DNA of 64,000 nucleotides from Octopus vulgaris (lineage: Eukaryota): NCBI GenBank assembly GCA_951406725.2, contig OX597834.1:14012001-14076000 (forward strand), written 5' to 3'. The position numbers and the translations under genes are program-made. This document shows, piece by piece, positions 1 through 15,600 of the stretch. Positions within the stretch are counted from its first letter, which is position 1. Every line of letters begins with the position of its first letter. The notes under the pieces were generated by a model. That model ran no database searches. It saw only the letters and a program-made list of their open reading frames with translations, and was not told the origin of the DNA.

Positions 1-813
1 ATAATAACTGTGCACCGATACACTCATACATAGAGACTCAAGCACACATAGACAGATATTTAAAAGTATGTGTAAGTGAGCAGTATATAAACGCATACAC
101 ATATGAATATATGCATATGTATGTATGTGTGAATGCGTGTGTTTGTGTTTGTTTGTGTTTGTTTGTGCGCTGCTGTGTATTGGACCACAGACTTGACCAT
201 CTATATAATACATCTACCTATATTTATCATCCATTAGAAATAATTTGGAATGTTAAAGCGATGCCCCTTTCCTAACACCGAATTACATTCGCACTAACAT
301 ATTCTAGAATGATCGCTTGTTTTTCGTGAATTTGGCGATCAGTTGGGAGTTGTAAAACGATGCTTTTGGGAGAAATTAATTTTAATAATGGAAACAAATT
401 CAAGTTTCCTGCATGGTAACCGACCTTCAACGGTGAGAGAAAGGTCAGCGAATGGATTCCTTGTTTGGCAACCCAACCATGACTTGTTTGTTATATGTGG
501 GTGCTTGTATTTTGCGCGTACATATTTCTTATGATCATTGCACGGTGATCTACGAGTGTCTATATAATATGAGAAATAGTTTAACGATAATGATTTGCAA
601 GATATATCTTTTACAAGTGTTCAACTCACAAAATTTCAGCAATGCTAAGTTTCCTTATAACGACATAAGTCTGAAGCAATTTAAATCATTGTGTAACCAA
701 AGTTATAATTGCAGTCATAAATATTCCGTGTAAAACAAATATATAAACAATATAAATATTTAGCATAAAACAAAACATGAACGAATATACACGCATAGAA
801 ACATACGTACATA

Positions 814-981
<168 letters not shown>

Positions 982-1162
982 CGTGTTTATGATTGTGGAT
1001 ATTTGACATTTACTTATGTATGGAAGTATGCATGTATGTATGTATGCATGTATATATGTATGTATGTATGTATGTATGTAGGCAAGGGGTTTGTTTGCGT
1101 ATGTATTTATTTATGTTTGTAAAAAACAAACATGTAAATATAAGCATATAAACAATACATTA

Positions 1163-1205
<43 letters not shown>

Positions 1206-2005
1206 CTGCAAACGGCATGAATATAAAGAAAAACGCTGCGTGAAATAAAAGAAAAAAACAAATCGAGAACATATGCAACAAATTACCTCTGTTATGATCT
1301 TTTTAAGAATAAAATAAAAACGAGGTAATCTAAATAAAACGTGAAATGAACCTAATAGCTCAAATACAGTGAATAGAAAAAAACATTCTAAAATTACAAG
1401 TTTTTTCATGTTGTTTTTCTCATGTCGCCTGATCTATTTGATATATACATTAATTTCCTGTACTTTCTTCTTCGCTCGTTCACACATTACGATTTATAAT
1501 AAACTAAATTCTAAAGCAGGAAAAAAAATCGCATTATGAAAACAACAATATGCAAAGAAAGCATATGAAATATATAAAACATACAAACATATGAAGAACA
1601 GTGGCTTTTTTTGTATTTGTATTGGTTAAATGAGCCCAAGACTTTTGAGACATTACACGAACCGAATACAACAGAGCGGATGTTTTCAGTAACGAAAAAA
1701 AAAACAATAAAAAGATTTAGATTAAAATCACATAGAAATACAAATAAGAACAATTAATATCATCTCCATACTGCCAAGAAACACCTAAAGACATTCGAGA
1801 AAAATTACATAATTCTAATCAAAAACAAGACCAACTACTTCTTAGTATTTGGTCCATATTTTTGTTCGAACTTTATATTTTTATTTTTTTCCCACACATT
1901 GCCAGCATCATGATTGTCGTCCATTTAGTGGCGCCACCACTAACGGATTTATAGTTATTACTGTAGACCTTGATATTTCGGTGTCACACTACAAGCCTAC
2001 AATAC

Positions 2006-2229
2006 CTATTTCTTTATTACCCACAAGGGGCTAAACACAGAGGGGACAAACAAGGACAGACATAGGTATTAAGTCGATTACATCGACCCCAGTGCGTAAC
2101 TGGTACTTAATTTATCGACCCCGAAAGGATGGAAGGCAAAGTCGACCCCGGCGGAATTTGAACTCACAACGTAACGCAGACGAAATACCACTAAGCATTT
2201 CGCCCGGCGTGCTAACATTTCTGTCAGCT
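2006..2229 (-). mobile_element. SINE family B (tRNA-like head plus Meta-domain-like core)
   Basis: Minus strand carries GTCGACTTTGCCTTCCATCCTTTCGGGGTCGATAAATTAAGTACCAG, resembling the Meta domain; many copies in the window. Confidence 0.85.
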
Positions 2230-2647
2230 GTTGATCTTACTGCCGTTTCATTTCTTTACTCCCTCATCTCTCTTTGTGTCCATGGATCTGCACAGCTCCA
2301 TCATACCAATGCTTTCTTATTCACTATACTGTCCCACTACACTATTTTGATTAGATAACTTCAGTGCTCCCTCAATAGGATGAGGCTTTGAAATATCCGC
2401 GTTGTCTTATATGGTCGATAAACCCTAATATATTTTACTGTAGGTCACATTTTCTCTCAGCATATATCTGTTTCATTTAGCAATATTGTGGAAAAACAAA
2501 AATCGATATTGTACAATTACTCCTAGATTTTACTGAGAAACAAGTACATGAGTAGCACGTTTCTCAGACTTTTCAATATTCCTAAGTCTTACACATCTAG
2601 TTCACACTTTAATTTAGCGTTTCCCGTATTATAGTCTGCACAACGTA

Positions 2648-3402
2648 GGAAATATTGGCAAGATGTCTCCCCGACTATTTTGGAAACACCGCTTAGTTTA
2701 TTTTTAATTGCTAAATTTAAGTGAAGAACCATGCCGTGTTCCATTCGCGCAACTTAGGAAATATTAGCAAGATGTCTCCCCGACTATTTTGGAAAACACC
2801 GCTTAGTTTATTTGTAATTGCTAAATTTAAGTGAAGAACCATGCCGTGTTCCATTCGCGCAACTTGGGAAATATTAGCAAGATGTCTCTCCAACTATTTT
2901 GGAAAACACCGCTTATTTTATTTGTAATTGTTAAATTTAAGTGAAGAGCCATGCCGTGTTCCATTCGCGCAACTTGGGAAATATTAGCAAGATGTCTCCC
3001 CGACTATTTTGGAAAACACCGCTTATTTTATTTGTAATTGTTAAATTTAAGGGAAGAACCATGCCGTGTTCCATTCGCGCAACTTAGGAAATATTACAAG
3101 ATGTCTCCCCAACTATTTTGGAAAACACCTCTTATTTTATTTGTAATTGTTAAATTTAAGTGAAGAGCCATGCCGTGTTCCATTCGCGCAACTTGGGAAA
3201 TATTAGCAAGATGTCTCCCCGACTATTTTGGAAAACACCGCTTATTTTATTTGTAATTGTTAAATTTAAGGGAAGAACCATGCCGTGTTCCATTCGCGCA
3301 ACTTAGGAAATATTACAAGATGTCTCCCCAACTATTTTGGAAAACACCTCTTATTTTATTTGTAATTGTTAAATTTAAGTGAAGAACTATGCCGTGTTCC
3401 AT
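2648..3402. repeat. Minisatellite, about 7 units of 109-110 bp
   Basis: Unit GGAAATATTAGCAAGATGTCTCCCCGACT...GTGTTCCATTCGCGCAACTT starts at 2648, 2757, 2867, 2977, 3087, 3196 and 3306. Confidence 0.97.
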
Positions 3403-3600
3403 CCACAATTTCCTCAGCTAATGGCTCTGGCTAATAATGCCATCCATAGATAGAGACCTTATGTTCATTCCTGCACAAGTTTGTCTCAGGTATATTCACT
3501 TCTCAGATTTATTTATAAAACAATAGGACACGAGCAAATAACGCAAAACAAATTTCTCGTTAATGAATTTGCCGACTCGTCAACGGTAGTAGCAACAACG

Positions 3601-3988
3601 GTGGAGGCGCAATGGCCCAGTGGTTAGGGCAGCGGACTCGCGGTCACAGGATCGTGGTTTCGATTCCCAGACCGGGCGTTGTGAGTGTTTATTGAGCGAA
3701 AACACCTAAAAGCTCCACGAGGCTCCGGCAGGGATGGTGGTGATCCCTGCTGTACTCTTTCACCACAACTTTCTCTCACTCTTACTTCCTGTTTCTGTTG
3801 TACCTGTATTTCAAGGGGCCGGCCTTGTCACTCTCTGTGTCACGCTGAATATCACCGAGAACTACGTTAAGGGTACACGTGTCTGTGGAGTGCTCAGCCA
3901 CTTACACGTTAATTTCACGAGCAGGCTGTTCCGTTGATTCGGATCAACCGGAACCCTCGTCGTCGTAACCGACGGAGTGCTTCCATCC
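3601..3988 (+). mobile_element. SINE family C, full length (tRNA-like head)
   Basis: A box TGGCCCAGTGG, B box GTTTCGATTCC; 11-bp TSD AGTAGCAACAA at 3588-3598 and 3989-3999; near-identical copy at 56923. Confidence 0.92.
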
Positions 3989-4920
3989 AGTAGCAACAAA
4001 GACAACATCAATAGCAAGATCCTAACAATAATTATAATAATAATAAATGATTTTAATTTTTACTTTCTTTCGATTTTAATTTTTTGCAAATTCGATAGTC
4101 GTAATTTTAATTAAGTTTCACTGTCGCCACTATATGTTGTGGTAATGGAATTTGTATTTTATTTTATTATCTTATAGTCAATTTGAGAAAAGTTCGATGC
4201 ACTGTTTTCATCAATTTCTATTCTTGTTTCTTTGTTTCATTCAATGTCTTTTTATAATTTTTTTCTAGTACAAAAACGCACCGGAAGCATATATACATTG
4301 CTTTTCTATTATATATTTGAAGACAAATAAAAAAGAAACTTTTAACAAAGAAAGTAAATAATAATGGATAAAAAAAACATTCATTATTGTATTTATTTTA
4401 TTGAACTATTTTGTAAATATTTCTGTTCAAGAAAATGTTTTATTTAATGAGAGTTCGGTTTTAATTTCCCTGTGTTTTAATAGAGCAGACAAACAATAAA
4501 CATATAACTTTCAGACCTTTCAGAATCTCCTTAATTATAACATTGGTAAAATCATTGTCGTGTGTGTATGTTATCTTAAGAAAATAAAGACACGTTTTGA
4601 TCCCAAACTAACATGGCATTTAAGAAGTGACACCTGCTATTTTCAGATGTCTATGTTGTTTTTAGACGCAGCAAATTTAATGGGGAGGACTAAACATACG
4701 TGGGTGATGATGATCATCGTATAACATTCATAACGGTTAAGGACGTCGATGGTGAAGGACTTGACGGCTGTGATTGTGGTGGTGGTTGTGGGGGTGGTTG
4801 TGGTGGTGGTGGTGGTGATAAAGAAATGGTGACGATGTCAATGTCGATGGTCAATGATAAGTTAGTTACGGACGACGAATGAAAGCTATCATGCTGACGG
4901 CGATGATTACGATGATCATT

Positions 4921-5581
<661 letters not shown>

Positions 5582-6032
5582 AGACCATAACGCATGTCGC
5601 TATCAATAAATGATAATTATAATGATGACGATGTGGACAATGCCGGATTTCTTGGCGATGATAACGTAAATTTGATTCCAATGAACATTGTGATGTTGCT
5701 CCTAGTATTGTTCTTCTCGATATATAAACAGTGAGGCCATGTTTAAATCTAATGGAACTGTAAGGTATAAAACATATATATAGTAAAAACACAACAAATC
5801 TTGTAACAAAACATATTTGATAAACCATGATTACAGTGTAATTTCTTTTATATACAGTATTTCCTGTTTCAGAGTTAACATACCAGTTCTCCGTCTCTCT
5901 CCCGTTCCCTCTCTCAGTTTCGGCCTCTGCTTCTCTCTCTAATTAATAATGATGAATTCTTTATTTTATCAAAGTTCTACACACACTTATACACCCATAC
6001 ATCACATGCTCACAAGCATACATACACACATA

Positions 6033-6076
<44 letters not shown>

Positions 6077-6080
6077 GTAT

Positions 6081-6163
<83 letters not shown>

Positions 6164-6238
6164 GTGTGTATATACATAATTATGAAAATATATTACATAC
6201 ATGTATGAAATGTATACATATGGGTAAGTTTATGTATA

Positions 6239-6281
<43 letters not shown>

Positions 6282-6916
6282 TAATAATCGTCGTCATAAT
6301 AATCATGTATATATATATATATATTTAGTTTTATATATATGTAAATAGAGACATATGTATGCATATAAAAGTCTGTGATTGCGTGTATATATATATGTCT
6401 GTACACTTCATTATTTGTTCCAGTTTTGGTATTAACATGATTTTTTTCAATGTTCTGTTGTCTACAAGAATTATGGAGACGCTAAGCTTTGTTTCTCTAC
6501 TTGATGCTATTCTAATGTTTAGTGTTTTGGTAAAAATTCTTTTTTTGTTTTTGCCGTTTCTATCTATTCATTCTTTTTGTAAAAAGGATTCTTTGTTTTA
6601 TGTAATATTTTAGTTTTGTATTCCTTTATTAAATATTGGCAAATTGGTAAATACTAAATTTCAGGAGAGATCAAAGAAAAAATAATGAAAATATAAAAAG
6701 CAGTAAAAATTTTAAAAAATCATAAATGTCACTTAGCCAATGGCTTTTATGTTAGACATTATCTATGTGTGTGTATGTATTCTTAATCGGTATATAGTGT
6801 CATTATGCATAGATTTGTATATGCAGATATGTATGAATATATATATATTAACTTACTAGGTATATACGTATCCATATTTTTATCTATACATAAAAATATG
6901 AACACACCTATATGTC

Positions 6917-6950
<34 letters not shown>

Positions 6951-6955
6951 CTACT

Positions 6956-7001
<46 letters not shown>

Positions 7002-7802
7002 CATATATATACATATATATATATATATTCATATACATGTATGTGTAGATATGCTTTATATTTATTATATATATCTATATATACACATACAAACGTACAT
7101 CTACATATATATACATATATATTTACATGTATATACACACATATCTATATTTATATGTATATGTATATATGCTATATATATATATATATGTATGTATATA
7201 TACATACATATAAACGTACATATACAAATATATATACATATATATACATACATATCTATCTATCTATCTATCTATATATATATATATATTATCTATATAT
7301 ATATATATATATTTAAATGTATCTATATATATATACGTATATGTATATATATATGTGTGTGTGTGTGTATATGTATGTATGCTTAAGCATTTATATATGT
7401 GTATCTGTGTGCGTAATAACAGCGAATATACGCCTTTTACATTCAAATTCTAATCCCTTTCTGTTTATTTACGTGTTAGAGGATGCTTTATTAAGATACA
7501 TATCTCTGTGACTCATTGTATCCTTCTCCCAAGTATTCTATTCCTTTCGTGATCGGTTTTTATCCATTAGTTTTTTCTCGTGATTTGTATCATATATACA
7601 TTATTGCTATCACGTTTTCATGTAGGATGCCATTTGTGGAATCATATTTATACTATGTCGCTCACCAAGCAATTTGTCATAGATTGACGCTGTTCATTTT
7701 GCGTGAAGTATCTCTTCAGTGTCAATATTCTCGTTATATCACGAAAACGCCATGCATTACAACGTCGACTAAATGTTTTATTATACGTTGTCGGTAAACA
7801 TT

Positions 7803-7984
<182 letters not shown>

Positions 7985-8120
7985 ATATTATATATTGAAT
8001 ATATATATATAGTCTATATAACTCCTTCTATATATAAATTAATTTTACTCTGCTATGTATTGAGTACCTTACTTACTGTGGTTAACCCCGAATCAACCCG
8101 GGACCTACATATATAAATAT

Positions 8121-8351
<231 letters not shown>

Positions 8352-8810
8352 TCGGTAGTCAAGATAAAACTCTGAGTTTCAGATGCGAAGTGAAATCCAC
8401 AACACCATCTCTTCGGTTATCTGGCTATTTGAAAACGTTATGAAAAATACCGTTAAAAATGAAGGGAAATTACTCTGTTATAACTCTGCTTTGCCTGCGT
8501 ACTTATACATCGCTCGCATTTTTCGTCATTTTTATATAATTTTTTATATACGAAAAATGCGAGCGATATAATACGCAGGCAAAGCAGAGTTATAACAATA
8601 ATTTCCTTCATTTTTAACGGTATTTTTTCATAACGTTTTCAAATAGCCAGATAACCGAAGAGATGGTGTTGTGGATTTCCACTTCGGCATCTGAAACTCA
8701 GAGTTTTATCTTGACTACCGAGTAATGTAACATATTGTATAGATAAATTTCCTCTATTTACATAATATTGAGGTCTCTTTCTTTCTTTTGTTATCTTACC
8801 GTTTTATCAA
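8352..8810 (+). mobile_element. PLE-like relic: 370-bp fold-back (8352-8721) plus 3' extension, between (TA)n arrays
   Basis: Arms 8352-8526 and 8550-8721 are near-perfect reverse complements; each arm carries an HHR-like motif. Confidence 0.75.
8649..8711 (+). ncRNA. Hammerhead-like ribozyme, U4C core variant (mirror copy on minus strand at 8362-8422)
   Basis: Helix I AGATAA/TTATCT; core CCGAAGA; helix II GATG/CATC with inner GTGGA/TCCAC; GAAA; helix III CTC-A-GAG; UU site. Confidence 0.65.
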
Positions 8811-8981
<171 letters not shown>

Positions 8982-8986
8982 TATAT

Positions 8987-9153
8987 AACGGGAAAGTTTA
9001 AGAAAATAAACTAAAGACGAAGGCAGGTGGAATACAAACAAACAAATGTATTAGTATAGCGCTCAGGAATAGAAATAGAAAAAGTATTTTACGTTTCGAG
9101 CCCACGCTCTTCGACAGAAAGATACACAGAAAAAAAATGCGTGTAGGAGCTAA
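8987..9153 (-). mobile_element. PLE-like end fragment with HHR-like motif at 9085-9122
   Basis: Reverse complement of 11458-11641; minus strand reads TCTTT CTGTCGA A GAGC-GTGG-GCTC GAAA CG TA AAATA. Confidence 0.7.
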
Positions 9154-9924
9154 CAATCTATCACGTGTGTGTTTTTATGTGAGTGTGTGTATGTGTATGT
9201 GTGAAGTATGTATTATTCTAACTAGAACATCAATATACCTCAGTTATAAGAGCTATCTTTCCATGCTTCATACGGTCCCATGTTTTTGTATCATAGTCTT
9301 ATTTCTTTTCTGGAGAACTTAATGAGTCTCCATCTTTTAGTGTTTTATATCAAATATGATTTTCTTTTACCTGCTGTATGTTAATATTGCGGTACTGCGA
9401 GTCGAGATATATAAATAAAAATGAAAGTGCCATTTGAAGTAACATTTGCACTAAGTAAAACATCCATACTCATCTGCAAGATACTCACTGAAAGATAAAT
9501 ATGTATCTACAAATGCATTTAAAACGAAATGATATCCACGCATGCACACACATACATGCACAAACACACACGCACGCAAGCAAACATATAAATTTCACAA
9601 AGATCACTTACATAAGACTTAAGTGTAGGCGTATAGACCTAGGTGTATGCACCCACGAATTCAACCGCGTAGGTATATATCTTAAGAATCGACTGATAAC
9701 GACTTATCTCATTGATATGAACTGGCTTGAAAACCCCGAAGAAATTAAATTCAAAGAAAAAGTACATAGATCTATTCTTTCAGCTCCGATTTTATTTAAG
9801 TTTGTAACTGAAGTTATAAGATCTGAATACCTCACTTTTTACGTCTGACGCTTTTATATCACATTAATTTTTCATCAGTTAAATTTAACTTCATACGTTG
9901 GGGTCGTTGAAACATCGTTTCAAA

Positions 9925-10223
9925 TTTTGCCCCAAGGGCAGTTTCGGGGAAGAAGGGGCCAGGCGTTTATTTAGATAGCCTGTATTTCACTGGTGCTTTA
10001 TTTATCGACCCAGAAAGGATGACAGATAAAACCGACTACGGGGGAATTTGTACTCAGAACGTAGTGACGGCCGAAATACCTATTTCTTTACTACCCACAA
10101 GGGGCTAAAGACAGAGAGGACGAAGAAGGACAGGCAAACAGATCAAGTCGATTACATCGACCCCAGTGCATCACTGGTACTTAATTTATAGAGCCCCCAA
10201 AGGATGAAAGTTAAAGTCGACCT
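9925..10223 (-). mobile_element. SINE family B, two joined partial copies
   Basis: Similarity to 2006-2229; junction at GAAATACC|TATTTC near 10080. Confidence 0.75.
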
Positions 10224-10766
10224 CTCCACATAGGCGCAGCATTACTTGACTGCAGATATTTCTCATTGAAGTACATTCGGAATTTCGCAAGAATTCGTTC
10301 GGATGGATCCAGTACAGAAAAAATATACTTATAGTACTTAATCAATATAAGGCATTGAAGATACTAAAATAAATGCGTTTCAAGCAATGTTCGTGTTACT
10401 TGTTCAAGGTAGAGTGATAACATACATGCTTTGTGAAATCTGGTAAACAAAATTCATTCGTTGTTTGCCTCTATCACTAAAATTGTTAAATTGCTGCTAT
10501 GTCGTGTTGAAGTTTTGTGTGCAGTACTTAAATTGAAAACGTATGAATATTTAATTGTCGTGTTTTTTGTAAAATTGTATGCTTTTGAAAGAAATGTGTT
10601 CTAATGGGAAAAAAAAAAGAATAACATCAGGTGCTGTATTGCCTGTTAGGTTGCATTTGTTAGCCCTTTTATGGCGTCTTACCAAAGGCCATGTAAACAA
10701 AATTTATATTGACATTTAAAATTTTGAGTAATTTCAGAAACCATATTCTGCTTCATAAACTGTTAA

Positions 10767-10849
<83 letters not shown>
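10767..10849. repeat. (AAT)n microsatellite
   Basis: Direct reading. Confidence 0.97.
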
Positions 10850-10850
<1 letters not shown>

Positions 10851-11275
10851 CGAAGTATGCGGAATTTTTAGGAAAACAGATTTTTGTTATTGTTGTGTTA
10901 ATATTCAGTCTAACTACTTAATATAACATGTTTCTTTCAACAGTTTCCCCAAACTGTTGCAATGGATAGAGCGTAATTTAATGCAACGCTACAGTAACAA
11001 AAACAATTATAGTGAATACTTGAATATGAAACATTCACAAATATTTATGACAAAAGTGCGTCTTATTTTTTCGCGTAGATCTTAAATGATTTCAAATAAT
11101 TTAAAGGTAAATCTAAGAGGAATGTACATCAAACACGTTTGCAACCACTCTGCTGAACGGGAGTATAATCAAGGTCCCTACAATAGCCTAGCATCAGTAA
11201 AGGCTACCGTTGTCCAATATTTCGTTGTTATTATGGTGTAGTCACCTTGATTATCTTTTATCTGTTTAAATACTG

Positions 11276-11638
11276 TTTTACTTGCTTCGGTCATTAGGGT
11301 GTTGTCATGCTAGGGCATGGCATTGAAGGGTTTTAGGGGAACGATTGAATCGACCTCAGTACGTCCTTTTTTAAGCCTGGTAATTATTCTATTGTTCCGC
11401 TGTTGCCGAACCGTTAAGTTACGGAGATGCAAACACACCAAAACCAATAGTTAAGTGTTAGCTCCCCCACGCATTTTTTTCTTTCCTTGTTTCCTTTCTG
11501 TGTATCTTTCTGTCGAAGAGCGTAGGCTCAAAACGTAAAAGACTTGTTCTATTTCTATTCCTGAGCGCCATACTAATACAATTGTTTGTTTGTACTCCAC
11601 CTGCCTTCGTCTTTTCTTTATTTTCGTAAACCTTCCCG

Positions 11639-11672
<34 letters not shown>

Positions 11673-11830
11673 TTGTCAACTTTCACTTTCTGCCTACCAT
11701 AACTACTCACAAGGCTTTGGTCGACACGAGGCAATAGTGGAAACATTTGCCCTAGGTGTCACGGAGTGGGACTGGGTCCAGAAACATGTGGCTGGGAAGC
11801 AAGTTCCTTACCGCACAGTCACACCTGCAC
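11276..11830 (-). mobile_element. Old SINE family A copy split by a nested PLE-like fragment
   Basis: Tail half 11276-11457 and head half 11670-11830 match family A. Confidence 0.75.
11458..11641 (+). mobile_element. PLE-like end fragment with HHR-like motif at 11505-11542
   Basis: TCTTT CTGTCGA A GAGC-GTAG-GCTC AAAA CG TA AAAGA (G12 mutated); ends in (TA)n. Confidence 0.7.
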
Positions 11831-12084
11831 TTTTATTTTATTTCTCACCTTACAATTGCTCTCCTCTGTTAAACCCTCAGCATCCTTGTTATTACTTAAA
11901 TATTCTTACCATCGTCCTACTTTAAAAAGATAATTTATTTTCCGGTATCCCATCATTTCAACTGTCTTCTCCGTTCATATCTCCTCTCGATTTCATTCTC
12001 CTTACCATATTTTGTTCTATCCCATGTGTTATTTCTTTCATCCTCTTGTTCCTTATTACCCTTCAATAAAATATTGGTTTGAAA

Positions 12085-12280
12085 TTTAAGCACAAGGCAA
12101 GCAATTTTGTAGAGAGGTTAAGTCAATTAAATCGACACGTGTTCAAATGGTGCTTATTTTATCGACTCTGAAATGGTCAAAGCAATGTCGACTTCGACGG
12201 AATTAGAACTCAGAATTCAAGAACGTCGAAATGCTGCAAACATTTCGCTCGGTGTGATAAGGATTTAATCAGCTCGTCAC
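12085..12280 (-). mobile_element. Degenerate SINE family B copy
   Basis: TTATTTTATCGAC...GTCGACTTCGACGGAATTAGAACTCAGAA matches family B. Confidence 0.65.
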
Positions 12281-13170
12281 CGAATTGCCATAAACTAATA
12301 ACAACGCGGCGTCGTGTATAATTATCTGAAACTTACGCTCAAATGAACACACTAAACTTAATCTTAAGGCTAAATCGGCGAAACAAGTTTCGACTATCAA
12401 AGTACATTTACACATAAAACTGGTCGGGTTAGAAGTTTGGATTTAAAATTGAAAATAGAAGGATAGAATATACATATTTGTGTCTATTTATTCATTCATT
12501 TTTTTATCTATTTATTATTTTTTATTTGCTGTTGCTTTTTTATTTTGCTTTTTTCGGGACATTCCTTTATTTTTAGGGATCGTCAACATGATAAAATTTT
12601 ACGAAGCGAAAGATAATAAAAGCTGCAAATATTGTATTGAGCCAAACGACAAGATAGCTGAGGGAAGTACATGACCGAGATAGTTGGTATATTGTTCATC
12701 TCCTTATTTGGTCGCGATTGGGAATTCACACCGTGTTTACAGAAAGTACTGACTATTAGAGTCAGAGCACATCTAGAGAAAAAACACAAAGAAAAAACAA
12801 TATCAATGTTTCTATCCCAAGGCCTTTTATCGTAATAGTTACACGCAATTACAAATACTTTTATCTACTTGGCGTTTTACGTCTCTCAACGTTTCAATAT
12901 TTTAACGATTTAAAAACACAAATGTGCTCACTGTCAGATCATATTTCCTAAAATGGATAGCGAAATCCGAGGTAAATTTGATACATATATCATGTTAACA
13001 GACGTGGGTTCGAATTCAATGGAAACTTTTCGAACCCTAGCAAAAGTGATTTGAACGCAATAATTAACCGTTATTGTGCAGAGCATTATCTACTTCGAGT
13101 CTCACTATTATATATATGTGGATAAGTCTTTATGGTTTAATGCATATATGCATACACACACAAACACACA

Positions 13171-13224
<54 letters not shown>

Positions 13225-13228
<4 letters not shown>

Positions 13229-13439
13229 GTTGTCCGGAAAGTTCGTGCTGATTTATAGTAGCTTAACTTTCCATTTCCACACCCAGACACATTAGTATTG
13301 GGAAGAGGCTATTTTCAAATTAAAGGAAAGTTTGTGCTACAAAATAGTTCATATTTGCTTGATTAAAAATGTAATGGCAAGTATACATTGACCTTATCCT
13401 TTCCTTTAAAAATCGGAACGAACTTTCCAGACAACCCAA
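13225..13439. mobile_element. Tc1/mariner-type MITE, 215 bp
   Basis: TIRs of about 30 bp, TTGGGTTGTCCGGAAAGTTCGT...ACGAACTTTCCAGACAACCCAA, flanked by TA on both sides. Confidence 0.85.
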
Positions 13440-14197
13440 TATTTTATGATCTTTACTAACAGGGTAAACTTCCCAAATCATAATACGAATCAATGTGCTT
13501 TCTCCCAGTTGATGGTTGAACCTGATAGATGCCATCGGAAATGCTTCCCATTTTACTAAAACATGTTATATAATGAAGAACTTTTGTCACAAGAAGTCCC
13601 TAAAGCATGTTACGATCAATTATATAATTCAATACATCATCGGTCGGCTTTATAAGGGCTAAACAATGACTGATGCACAATAGTATACAGAATTTACGTT
13701 GCTAGACACTTCTTGAAATTGGAAAAGGGAACGTAACGACAAATGTATAGACGATTGGCCAGGCTATTTCCTGTTGTCGAGTGCAAGCGATTCTGTCTAG
13801 CATCTGATGTATAGAGTTACTCCGAGTGACTCTGTGTGATAATATGAACAGCAAGAATTTTCAGCCCACTATCCTATGAATGAAAACCCATTGCCAAAAA
13901 TGTTACATAAATGGATTTTGTTTACGATAGGTTGGTCATGGTTGGCATGTCTTAAACCATTAGTCAAGTGAATTTAGCACACTAAATAGCTCCATCCGTT
14001 ACAATTTTAAAATAGGATGCAAAGTTTCTTTAATTCAGAGTAACCGCAGGAAGAAAAAATAATTGCGATTCAAGTCAATCGCAATTTATACGCAAAAAAG
14101 AATTTCCAGACTAAACCAGAAATTGCGACTCAGCATTTCTTTAAATGGTAGAGGTGTGTCTCACGCGCGCGCACACACACACATGGACGTTTATATA

Positions 14198-14258
<61 letters not shown>

Positions 14259-14375
14259 TATGCATATATATATATTTATATACATATATATGCATATATA
14301 TATACATATGCATATGTATATATATGTATATGCATATATATACATATATATGCATATGTATATATATGTATATGC

Positions 14376-14508
<133 letters not shown>

Positions 14509-15244
14509 TATGTATATATATTTATATATGTATATACTCAGGTATGTACACATGTACAGTAAGTGGGTAATTGGAAGAAATGTTTGCAAAGTAAAATCAT
14601 CAAAAATATAAATGAACTCGGCGCTAAAGAAGCTCGTCCATAGAAATGAAAAATTCAAATTCTTTGAATACATTTAATAGTAACAGGAATAAAAAGAAAC
14701 AACAACAAGAACAGCATTAAAAGAAACAGCAACAACAAAACCAAAAGAGATATATCAATGAAAAAAAGGTAGGACGTATGACAAGAGTGAAAGACGTAAG
14801 CCTTGAGGAATGGTATAACTGTTAAAGAATTAGTTACGAAATTACGAAGAATTGTTAATCGAACTGCCAAACTGGCATTTTCTTGATAAACATCTGGTTT
14901 GAAAGAAAATTGAAATGAAAGTAGTATGATTGAATGTTGATATTTTTTGTTTTTACTGACATTTTAAGTATGTTTTCTCACTAATAGCTTCAGGTTTCAG
15001 ACGATGTTGCAGAATGAGGAAAGAGAAAAGAGAAAGAAAAAAATTAGTGGGGTAAAAGTAGTCGTCGCTGAAAATTCTATTAATGTCTTATTGGCTAACA
15101 AATTAACGAACTAATATAAGAGAAAAGAAAATGAAGAAATCATAAAATAATATAAAATGAAAAGTATTTAATAATACCAATGCTACTATTCAAAAATACT
15201 ATTTTGCTTATGATAAAGATGAACAATATGGAAATGAAACAGGT

Positions 15245-15390
15245 AATGATGATTTTGATGATGATGATGATGAGGGTAATGATGATGATGATGATGATGA
15301 TAATGATAAACATTATAAGACATTTATGATGTGATGACGATGACGGTAAAGAAAAAGGAGAAGGAAAATAAAGAAGGAGGAGGAAGAGGA

Positions 15391-15457
<67 letters not shown>

Positions 15458-15600
15458 AAGAAGAAGAAGAAGAAGAAGAAGAAGAAGAAGAAGAAGAAGA
15501 AGAAAGAAAGAAAGACAGACAGACAGACAGACAGACCGAAAGAAAGAAATTAAAAAGAAATACAAGAAGATGGTGATGATGATGAAGAAGATGAATGATG
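15245..15600. repeat. Compound simple repeat: (GAT)n, (AAT)n, (AAG)n, (AGAC)n
   Basis: Direct reading. Confidence 0.92.

Noticed and set aside
2092-2358. Recurrent ORF MRNWYLIYRPRKD (also 18760, 31460, 60641)
   Set aside because: Antisense translation of SINE family B, not a gene family
2648-3402. CRISPR-like array
   Set aside because: Head-to-tail units with no unique spacers, no cas genes, eukaryotic context
3601-3680. tRNA genes at the SINE heads (also 24857)
   Set aside because: No convincing acceptor stem or terminator, and they continue into repeat bodies
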